Positions 53,188-64,000 of a DNA stretch of 64,000 nt are shown one piece after another (the stretch's first letter is position 1; the number at the start of each line of letters is the position of its first letter). The stretch is from contig NC_045696.1 in assembly GCF_009834535.1 (NCBI RefSeq), positions 28,708,001 through 28,772,000 on the forward strand, read 5' to 3'. Below the pieces are notes generated by a model that saw only the letters and a program-made list of their open reading frames with translations, did not search any database and was not told where the DNA came from. This DNA comes from Camelus ferus (lineage: Eukaryota). A program made the translations under genes and the position numbers.

Positions 53188-55269
53188 GTGACCATTCAAT
53201 CAAGTACAAAGTTTAACTGAAACTCTTCATTTTCTTACTTACTGTTTATGTGACCTAAGCATAACTTTTTGAAGCTCTGAATGAGAACTGGGTAAGAATA
53301 ATGTTGAAACTGTGTCCCCAGAGTTGCTCTCATACATGGTAAATGGTAGGCACCCGATATATATTTGTTGAAAAATCAGTAAGATATAGACCTAACAAAA
53401 ATTGGTTCTTGATAAATAAAAATAGTTGCAGGGTATAATCAAATCTGATTTCTTTATATTTACCTTTGACAGATTCGGTCTGTCCACTGTAGACATGAGA
53501 AAACAAATCCCTTGTGGGATTTAGGCAAGAAACATGACACTCCCCATAATGTCTCTTCATATATTTTATCAATCAGATCGATTTTGGGTAACTGAGCTCT
53601 TTTCTTGGGTTGCAAATTCTCTCAAGATTGTTCAACCTATAATTCATTTATATTTGTGTCAACAGCTTTACAAAGTGAATGCGAAGATGGGATCAGCTTC
53701 AGTGGAAGTGGAAAAGGAACGGGAAGGGAAAAGCAAAAAGAAGAATGAGTATGTTATCTGGTTTCTTTCCATTTCTTTCACTCCATGTGATTAGATTACT
53801 TGCTGGATTTTCCTCCTTCAGAGAATCTATGGAATCTCCAGAGTTTTATACAGTATTTGTTGTTAAGCTATCCACAAATCATTTAACATTATTCATGAGC
53901 CAAATGTAGGACAAATAATGTCATATAGCCTGACTCTTTTTATAAAGGGAGCAAACATTGCTCTTACAGTAGGGTTTATAAAGCTTTAGTTACACATGGG
54001 AAAATAATTGCAGGATGATACATCTTGTAAGGAATAAACTAAGACAGACTTATCTGGCTCAGATTTTGAACTAAATGTTAGACTCTGTGTAACAGTTGGT
54101 CTTATTGATTTCTTTGGATGGACATCTTTCTAAGTATGTAGAAAAATCTTTATTTATATACCTGAGTAAATATGAGAATTAATGTCATCAGTTGGCACTT
54201 AGGAGACATTCTGAAATCATTTCTTAATTCATTTGCAATTATGTAACCATCATTAATAACACGTCACAGATGACATACGTCACAGAGAAACAGAGCACTT
54301 TAGTCTTCCTAGACATGCTACTGTAGCCAAGAAATATAGATAATGTTATTCCACTCTAAAGGTGTATGTCACAGAGACTGCTGAATCAGAGTTTAATTCA
54401 TTTTACTATGAACTAACTTCTGGGTTGGATTAACAAGGGAATTTGTTCACATGCATACAATTCTTCTTGCATTAGGCTTGTGACAAGCTCTGCATATATT
54501 CTCAGCAGAGAAATCTACAAACATGAAGGCGGCAAAACTTTAAGATTCCCCCCCTGAGCAGGGAGAACCAGACTTAGGATCTCTGCACAGTAGACTGAAT
54601 AGTGACATCTCAGTAGAATGATGGCCATTACTCCTTATTTCAAGACACAGAGGACATTTTTCTTGAATCACAGAGTAACAGTAGAGTGTGTGCACTTCTG
54701 CTCTGGCTCACAGGCAGTTTTCCAATTGGTTATCCTTAGCGCCACTTGGTTTAGCCAATTAGTCGTTTCTTTCATGGATTTATGCAGACCAGAGGTATCT
54801 CTCCTCTCAACACAGACACAAAGACAGACACGCACACACGCACGCATGCATGCATGCACTTTGAGGCTTAAATGTGTAGGCATATTTTCTCAACTTAATC
54901 ATAGTCTCAGCTGTAGATGCCTTCTAATACCATTCTCATTTATTTTTAAAGAACAACTTAGAGTTATTTAAGTGACTTAATAACATTTTCCAGATGCCAG
55001 GGGAGAACCAAAAGACGTGAGAAACAAAAAGATCTTTCATTAACAGAAATAAATCAACATGGTAAAAAGGCAGTAAGGGAACAATTCATGGGGGCATATT
55101 AGCAAATGTGTAATAGTTAAACCATAATTTTGATGTGTGTGTGTAAATGCTTTTAAAATGTAAAATAAGAATTGGTGCAGAGTTATGAGGGACTCAGCCA
55201 AAAGGCAAACTTAAAGATCTTCTCTAAATACCGAACCTCAATAGGTCCCACTCGTGATTATTTCAGTTC

Positions 55270-55990
55270 ACTGTTTGACTTCTTTCTTGTGCTTTACAAT
55301 CACTGCTCACTTCTCTCTGGTATGCCTCCCCAACTAGATTTTAAACTTCTTAAAGTCAGGGATTTGTTTTGTTCACTATTGGTCACCTAGAGTCCAACAA
55401 AGTGTTTGTTGCAAATAATGCTTAAGAGATTAGTAAAATTAACAAAGAGATGGCATTTAAAAATTCAGTTTCTGTCTTCTTTACATTTGTTATATTTCCA
55501 TTGAAGTTTTTAAACACTTTCTTTAAAATTCTTATAGTACTTATGTGTGTAGGAAGCTACAGATGTAGCTCGGGGTGAAAAGCCATTGTTAGGGAGAATG
55601 TATTTGTGCATTCATTCATTAAGGACTTACAAACGTGCAAGGCTCTATGCTAGATTCCAGGTAGAGAAATATGCCTGTGACATAAAACAGCCCATAACCA
55701 ATGGGGGAGATTGACATCTAAATAATTTCAGTATAACGTGGTTCTCTGTTGTATGAGAAACAAGGGAAAGACTCTCAGAATGAGATAGACGTGTTTTCAC
55801 GGAGATGACCTTTAGTTCGGTCATTAATGCTGAGCAAACTTTTTATTAGTTAAAAGAAAGAGAAAGCACCCTCTAGACAGAGAAAGAGATGAGTGAAAGG
55901 GCACAGCATGGTCACGAATACCAAGCAATTTTGTGCAGTGTTTCTTGAAAATGCAGGGTAGACGGGGATGAAGAGAGAAAAGAACGGAAA
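55270..55990. mobile_element. L2 fragments (+ ~55270-55445; - ~55609-55990)
   Basis: CCCCAACTAGATTTTAAACTTCTTAAAGTCAGGGA; CATTCATTCATTAAGG..GTGCAAGGCTCTATGCTAG. Confidence 0.65.
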
Positions 55991-58900
55991 ATATTTCGTC
56001 CTCCATTATATTTAAGGTGCTAATCTACCGTTTTCCATCTTCACCAAGGTTATGATTAATAGAAATGATTGAAGAGGAAGCAAGTGGAGTTTGGATTAAG
56101 ATTTTAAAGGAGATTTTAGACTTCCATCATTTCTAATCTTAAAGAGCAGGGCAGACCATCAACTTCTTTCTATAGTTTACATCAGCTTGATAATGGAGAC
56201 ATAGAATATATACTACTTCAGGGCCTTTCTTCTTTCTCTCTAATTTTATAACACCTTACCAAAAAAACTCTATTTGTAATTTACTGTGTGAAATGCAGTG
56301 TACGACTATACTTCTGACAATGTGAATATGAAAAACTTGAATCCTTATTACAACTGCTTTTCTATAATTTACATTTATAAAAGTTTATAACTTAGTGACT
56401 AGAATCCCCAAATAAAGCTTTATTTGAACTGAGTATAAATATTCACGTCCCATTTATCACTTTTTACATGGCAAGTAAAAAACACTGAATTTTCAGAGAC
56501 AGGCACAGTTATTTCCCTGATGCCCTAAAAAATGTCATGTTGCTATTTCTGTAAATATTTTGAAACTTTATACACACATCTAGGTAATGAATCAGATATA
56601 TAATCCCTTTATTTTTAAACTTTGGGATAAATAAGGATCATCTGAAAGATAACTTACAAATTCACAACTTACTACATTGAAGAAATGGGAGGAAAATATA
56701 ATATTCAATAATACAAGGCTAGACTGTAACTTGGGGTTGAAATAAGCATAGGAAATGTGGAGAGGAGCTGGGGCCCCTAAGACCTATACTACAGGCTGTA
56801 ATCTACAGTGATGGGTTATAGAACCATCGCCAAATGGCTCTCCTCTTCTTTTACAGAGGAGATTAAAGATGCCTCTTGTAACATGTGTTCATGTTCTATA
56901 CTCTCCACACGAGAATTTTCATTATATTAGTTAGTATACGCTATGTCCCTCACATCACACACACACATCTTGCAATGGGAGATCATCCTTGCAGTGGGAG
57001 AACCCATGGGACCTTATCCTTCTTTCTTCCCAACACCTCTCCTCTTCCACATTCTTCTATCTAAATTACTTCCTCATATCCATTAATGTCTCAGAGTCAA
57101 ATTCCTCAAGACACTCTGTTTTCATTTTCTTGCCATGCATGGTAAAATTTCTGTCTTTGAGGATATTCACAACAGGTATAAAAGATATTGAATATTAGGG
57201 TTTCATTCAAGGGCTTTCAATTAGGCTTCTGTAGTGTTTGGGCTGCCTGGTCTTTATACCCTTCCAGGGATGGTCCCATATTTACTCAAATATTTATCCT
57301 CCCTTAGAAGTAAGTACACATCTTCTTTGGTTTTTCCCATTCAATTTTGTCTGCACTTTTCCCACTCTATTATTCTCTTCATTACTTGTATTGCTTGTTT
57401 TTCCTTCTATTCTTTATGGGCTGTTGCCCAACAGCTCAAAATGTAAGCTCTCATTTTTGCTAGGAGCTTCATATCTGTCTACGTAAATACATACACACAA
57501 CACATGCTCACACATCTCCCTTTCTAAACATTCTATCTTTCTCATATCTCTCAATTCCTCAAAGCTGAATTTCTCAAAAGACATTCCTTAGCTCTATTTC
57601 CTTACCATCTATGGGCCCCTTAATCCTCACCCCAATTCCTCTAATACTTGTCATTCAAATGAAAAAAAAAAAAGATTCACAAACAGAGTATCAATTCACT
57701 CCATGTCTCCGTAGCACTTTGCTAACTTCACGCCAAGCGCACGCTCTTCCTTCACCTATACATTTCTCTGGGCTTCTAGGAGGCTCCCTGACCGCTGGTG
57801 GAAAGCCATCCCTACTGGTACCTTTCCTTCATGTCCTTAAGAGAAGTTGGTATACAAACAGTACTTTATCCCTGTCAGGTTTCTCTTAACTCTTCTCCTC
57901 CTTTCAGAGACTATGCCTAATGGTGGCTTTCGAGGTTCAAACCCAAACTGCTGTAATTCTTTGATCACACTACGAACATCTCTGATCAAAATCTAACCAT
58001 GATAACATCATGACAGAATCAATCATATGCAGCTACGTTCTTGCTCAGTTTCTCTGTGATGACTCAACTGCTCAACCAAAAGCCTCATCGATAGAAATTT
58101 GAAAGACAGAAGATTCTTCAGCTCCATGCATCTCCATGATGAGAAGATATTACCCATATTCCACCCCAGGTCATCTGTATCCTCTCCTATTTATTTGTTA
58201 AAACAGAGGACAGGGTGCACGTCAGTCTACCTGCTTTGAGGTGAAATGTGAGGAGCAAACACATAAACAAAACCAAGCACCTAACCAAGATCATCAAATG
58301 GCTTCCAGAGAAGAAATGTTCATCATGAAATGTGGATGACAAAGGAGGACTAACGTCAAAGAGGGACTTTTTGTAACGTTTGCTCTGTGTCTTTAAAACA
58401 AGTATCTATCATTTTCTCTATGTCTTTATAACAAATATCTATTGTTGAAATGTAATTTAAGGAGCTTCTTTCCAACTGACATTCTAAACATATGAGGTCG
58501 ACAACTTATCATTACAGGGACAGTAATTTACTACAGTATATTCTTCCTCATGACCAGGTCACTGAGTAGGCAAAAAGCAGGGCAGTGACTAGCACAATGG
58601 TGAAGATAAGTTATCTTGCTATTATTACCAAGTTTTTGTAGAAGATGAGGGAATTCTTTGTTTATTTTTACTGAAAAATGTCATGAGAGATTCATTACAA
58701 AGGTAACATGTAAAAATACTTCTCAGACATGGAAAAAAAAAAACTGCTACCTTTATCTTTGATTCTTTAATGTCTCAAAATAATTAGGTTCCAATAACTA
58801 ATCTCATCTCTGATAATAAAAACCAGTATCATTTTTAACCAATCTGTACTATTACAAAATTATTAAAATATTTCTTGCTTTTGTTTGTTTGTTAATTTTT

Positions 58901-58999
58901 CCAGGTATTTTAAACCAACAAGTAATAGGATCACACTACAACTGTAATATTGTAAAACAGAAAGTCTAGGTAGAACTTTCTTCGTTTTCTTTCCAAGAA

Positions 59000-59521
59000 A
59001 GACTTCTTAGTGCTGTCCAGCACCACTTGCAGAGGGCTGCTTTATCATATTAATTATGCTTGGGTTAAGGGCTCTGGTGCTCTTGGGTGCACTGCATGAG
59101 CTTTGTTATCTATAGGATTGTACAGTAACAACTAGAAGAGACAGTATACTGCACTGATGCTTGTCTGCGAATAGCATTTCTGATTATAATGGAGGGTTTA
59201 TTGTGATGCATGAAATTTGTGCTTTTCGTATATAAATGACTGTAGTTAGATTACTGTCTTGGTAATGCCTATTTTCATCTGTAAGTAGTTAAGTATATAC
59301 ATAAGGCACTACATGTGATTTATTGCAGTGTTCAGTTTTAGTTTTGACTTTTATTAAAGCATTCAGTTTTGCTTTCAGTTTTATGTACCTTGGTTCTGAG
59401 TTAGATCTGCAGATGTGTATAGATAGCTCATATTTATGTATTGCATGTAATCATGCTATTCAGCATCAGTACTGTATTACATTATGTAAATAATAAAAGC
59501 CATGTACAGAGGGGAAAAAAA
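59000..59521 (+). pseudogene. 5'-truncated retrocopy of an mRNA 3' UTR end, tentatively DDX3X/DDX3-like
   Basis: Non-repeat, UTR-like sequence ending TATGTAAATAATAAAAGCCATGTACAGAGGGG plus A7; resembles my recollection of the DDX3X distal 3' UTR; no upstream exons in the window; 5' boundary uncertain. Confidence 0.6.
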
Positions 59522-62500
59522 CTATTTTCCAAGTGGTGTAAATTTCAGGAAAAAAGTGTACTGCTATTTATAATCACTTTTTATTTGTCAAATAAGTTAG
59601 CATCACTCCTAGATGCTCCTGAGTTTTAATTAGAATAATAAAAATCTTCAGTAGTATCTCAAGGGGAAATTTATTTTCCTTTGAAATTAATACATTTAAA
59701 AATGTCTCAAAATTACATGGATACCATATCATTTAGACAAAATACATAACAATGCATAACTAGATTTTATTTGCATGTCCCTTTAATGTTTGCTTATTAA
59801 TAGATCCTAATGTTCTCTTTGCATGAAGGAATGGTGTAATAAAAATGAGATGCCTTTCTAAAACCATATAATCAGGGAATACTGCTACCAGCTCAGGCTG
59901 AATAAGTATGAGCTAGGGCACTTCTTTGCACAAAGTGATGCTTAAAGAATATGTTCATAAAAGGCTTGACTTAAGTGGTCAAGAATGTGCGTCCATTTAT
60001 CCCTCTTTACACACTCCAATTTTGGTGTAATTCACTTGTCTTTATATGTTTCCATTGCTACTCACAGAATTCTCTTAATGTTAAAACATTTTCATAAAAA
60101 TATGTATACTTGCTTTCTGCTGGTAAATAGTGATAATTATTCAATTGCAGCTTAATATTTTATTAACATGAGTTTAATCAAGGGGTGTGGCTTTTTGACC
60201 AATGATGTGAAAAAGATTTATTATCAAGTATGATGTCATTGACAGATACTCTTAGCAGTCTATGGTAAATAATATGTATCCATCCTAATTTATTTACTGG
60301 TAAAAGTAAACGTAGCACTTAAAAAGAATTTAATTTACACTTGAAAAGTATGGACATTATTTGCTACTTTAAATTAAATCTGATTCAATGTTGGCTTTAT
60401 TTAATAATACTTATTTCTAGTTAAAACACATGATGTCAATTAACTATTGTTAAAATAATTAGACTTTAGGGAAATTAAGCATGATATGAATCTTAAAAGA
60501 AGAGCTATGTTTTCCTCACTTTTGGTAACACCAGTGTTGAAAGACAGAAAAGGATCAAACTTCAGATGGGTCATAAAAATGATTTTACTCAGATACTGTG
60601 TGATCTGTGTCATCCAGCTGTCCAGTTATAACAAAAGTCAAAAACAGATAAAATGGATATTAAGAAGGGAGACAGTCAACCAATATGTTAATGTTTGAAG
60701 ACAAAACGTCACTTTTTCAACTTACTGCATATATTAGTGGAGACAATGCTCCCTTTCTATCCTCTTGGATGAGGGATACTATACAGTTTTGTTTTGTTTT
60801 TTAACCTTACCAAAATTTACATCTGCCCTCTCTGGTGTTTCAAAGACAAAAGATATTTGGTCATTCAACGCCAAAATAGTAATGTGGCATTTGTGATTGG
60901 TTGAAAACAATTTTATCTGTCTTGTCCTTTCTTACTCACCAGCTGTACACCCTTTCCCACCCCCTTATCTTCCCAATTGCAATTCCAATCACCAGAAAAG
61001 GGAAAATGAGCAAGAAAGAGACCGTCAACATGCCATTTCAAGACTACAAAGCTGCAACAGTTGTTTCTTAGGATAAAACCTCCAGAGGCAAAGTCAAATA
61101 TAAGTTTATAACTCTACTGGCTCTTTGAAGGAATATGAGAACAGAGGCTCCGTGATCAGTTTACGGCATAGAAAGGGAAGTAAGGAGTGCGGAAATTTGT
61201 CTATTCTGATTTCACTGCTTTTTTAGGGGTGAAGTACTGGTGCCAAACGACCTAAACCCCAGTTCCTAGGCAGGCATAAAATGTACTGGGAATAATTTAA
61301 TTAGCAACCCTTTTAAAATAATTTTAGATGTACCAAGTAACTTTCTGAGTATAACTGGTCTCCCTATGTTTTACTATAATTGTAAATCAATAATCCTTAA
61401 TTCTCATTTATTAAAGAAAATTTAAGTTGGGGGACAGTTTTCTATCTCAATATACCACTCAAGTAAGTCCTTTTGCCCTGGGCAAGGAATATGATCTGAA
61501 TTGTGTTTTATAGACACTAGTTTGGTGGTCTGAGCAAAATTCAACTGAGAAGACAGAGACTGGGAACAGAGAACAGTTAAAAGGGGGTGGTTTGAGAGTT
61601 AGGAAGACAATCAAATGATTAGGTAAAGGATAAATTAAAAATGAGAGCACACAGTTAGCATATAATATGGGACAAGATATAGGAGAATGATTTATGAATG
61701 AAAATAGAGTTTTGCTTGTTTTAATACTTGGTTTGGTTATGAACATCTTAACAGACTGAGAAGAATAAATAAGTATTTTATAGATATTTCTGGCGTAAAA
61801 TTTTAAAAAGTGTTATCTATTTTATATTAGGGTTCTTGATATAAAATATTAATTGCTGAAAAGAAATTTTTACTGTTTTTTTTCATAGCAAAAGGAAATG
61901 AAAGGAACAAAATTTCAGCTGTTGCATTTTTCAGTCTACTTCTCTACTGGAATAATAATTTTTGCACATAAAATTATAACAACTTCAGAAATAGAACTCT
62001 CTTTTTCCAATCTGAAGAAAGAATGGTGGTAAGGTACTAATTATTTTAATTAACTTAAGAATTTTAGAATAATAATTATGATTTCCTCACAGTGTATCTT
62101 TATTTCAGTTTTTTAAATCAAGTGATGGCAACCTTAGGCAATGGTTACACAATTAATTGCTCATTTATTTGTCTCTCAGGGTATCCTTCAACTGTCCATA
62201 TATTAACCTAAGTTATTTTTTTGTTTTGTTTAATTAAATATCAGGTTTTAATAATCTTTTACTATTCACCATCTAACTGCATGGGGAAACTGGAATTGCT
62301 GACAGTCATTAATTCCTTCATCAGACTCAAAGTTAATTTTATCTGCTATTTTCTCACCAAATAATAAATATAATTAAAATCAAACATAACAATAAATATA
62401 TACTCACTCTTTTATTTAGGACCAATATTTTAGAAAGACTAATGTTAAGAAATGATTTGGCTTTAATTTTAAGATTGTACTAGTTCAGAATATTAGACTG

Positions 62501-63849
62501 CATACATATGCACCACAAAAAAAAAAATGAGCCATCATCCGTCTTTCTCTTCTAAATACCATTTTATTTTATTTTAATTTTATTTATTTTATTCTATTTT
62601 ATTCTGAGTAATCACTAAAAAATTGGAATGAAACCTGTGATTTTATTTCAAAGAACAATATACTAAAATGTGGGAATGCTGAATAGAGTTCAAAACTGGA
62701 TGAGCAACAGGCTTGAAAAAGGAGAGGACTGAGTATACATAAAAAATAAGCAAGGACAAAGCAATAGATTGAATTAATTAACTTCACAATAAGAAGTAAT
62801 TCAGTGCTATAGAATATGCAATATACACCAAAGGACCCCCATTTTTTCTGGGTATTAGAACAATCATTCTGCAGAAGGAAAAATTATTTAAATTTCATTT
62901 GGGGTGGAGGTAAGACACTTTCATTGCTAATGATTTAGAAACATTCTTAAATATAGTGAATAAATCCAAATTCCTATGACTCTCAAACAGTAAGGAAAAC
63001 ATAATTGTAATCCAGTTTGAAGACAAAAGTAAAATATAAAAGAGCCATATATTTTTATTTTAACCATATAAAGAGGTACCATAAGGAATAGAAAAATATA
63101 CTTCTGGTAGGCTAATGTCAATGAATGCTCTCTCTATATACATGTGTATACCTATACATATATAAACATCAAAATTAATTTATATATAATATATTAATTG
63201 TCAACATATGCACATATGCTAAATAAAAATGTAATATATTAATAAAATATAAATGTAATACTTAAGAATTATATATAATTCTCTACATGTGTATATATAT
63301 ATTTATATGTAGACATCAAAATGAAATATTAGATGAATTTTAAGATGATGCTCAGGAATTTCCATGGTATGGCTCTAACATAACATGTCTTCTAAGTCTC
63401 ATCTTCAATTCTGTTTTTTTCCATTTCATGATCCAATTACAATACCTTATTCAGGATTTCCTGAATTGAGAGAATTTTCACATTCATTGCTACAGATATT
63501 CATCAGCATAGAATTCCCTACACTTCTGGTCAAAAACAAAAATGTTTAAATTGTTTCTGAATGTTTTCTAAAAAAGCTGTCTTCACCTTTACCATATCAC
63601 TTATTTAATTTTTATTTTAATGGTTCAGCTTATTTGCAGTGACCATGCTTTCTTTATCCTTGTAGATTTTTTTCTGTTTTTTTAGTACTTCTCATAATGT
63701 TGTAATATAGTTACACTCCATCATCTTTAATTAATTTAAAAATATTGAACTGAAATAATATCTAGGAAAACAGAAGATGCAGTGACCTCAAGAGGATGAA
63801 ATATATTGCAGTAAGGAGAGGACAGAGTCACAACAGTGTAGAAAGTTGG

Positions 63850-64000
63850 GTTCCAATGGCATTTTTCACAGAAATAGAAAACAATCCTAAAATTCATATA
63901 GAAAGACCCAAAAATAACCAACACAATAACTGAACAGGAAGAACAAAACTGGAGATTTCACACTCTTTGATTTCAAGTTATATTACAAAGCTATAGTAAG
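63850..64000 (+). mobile_element. L1 ORF2 fragment running off the window end
   Basis: CCAATGGCATTTTTCACAGAAATAGAAAA..CCTAAAATTCATAT..GATTTCAAGTTATATTACAAAGCTATAGTAA (PMAFFTEIE..DFKLYYKAIV). Confidence 0.9.

Larger units (their letters stand above)
51850..53208 (-). mobile_element. MLT1C-like LTR split by two nested insertions and itself inside a MIR
   Basis: AGGGCTGCCATAAG..TTCTCTCACAGTTCTGTAGGCAGAAGTTC | CACATCAAG..AATCCTTCCTTGTCTCTTCCAGC..GAGAGCCAC | CATTCAATCAAGTACA; MIR-like flanks at ~51780 and ~53230-53330. Confidence 0.8.

Noticed and set aside
57850..58260. Possible old ERVL/DNA-transposon remnant
   Set aside because: I could not match termini or diagnostic motifs with enough confidence to name it.
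60930..61060. Strong minus-strand splice donor CTG|GTGAGT at ~60934-60942
   Set aside because: The nearby upstream pyrimidine tract is not followed by AG and no coherent reading frame is seen; an isolated donor-like word is expected by chance.
1..64000. CRISPR array, operon or other prokaryotic/defence system
   Set aside because: The sequence is mammalian repeat-rich DNA with no regularly spaced repeat-spacer array and no gene-dense coding region.

Overview
AT-rich, CpG-depleted mammalian non-coding DNA (gene desert or very large intron). Two tRNA-Ala-derived Vic-1-type SINEs, together with Tigger1a/Tigger2a-type MITEs and young L1 3' ends, point to a camelid genome (alpaca/llama/camel). I find no host protein-coding exon; the supplied short ORFs are chance ORFs or decayed transposon frames. 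The main structure is an ancient, decayed, env-less class I (gamma-like, ERV1) provirus at 31432-39087 with both LTRs, PBS, PPT and a perfect AAGG target-site duplication. It was later interrupted by a MER41-like solo LTR in gag and by a 5'-inverted, internally deleted L1 carrying a probable 3' transduction in pol. Also present: three more ERV1 solo LTRs with 4-bp TSDs, nested MaLR stacks, MLT2 LTRs, DNA-transposon fossils, MIR/L2/L1 fragments, a retrocopied mRNA 3' end (tentatively DDX3X-like) and an unexplained ~210-bp diverged direct duplication (41727-41937 vs 44252-44456). Repeat family names come from recalled consensus sequences, not from a search, and boundaries of the old repeats are approximate. 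I see no evidence of a new multi-gene system.
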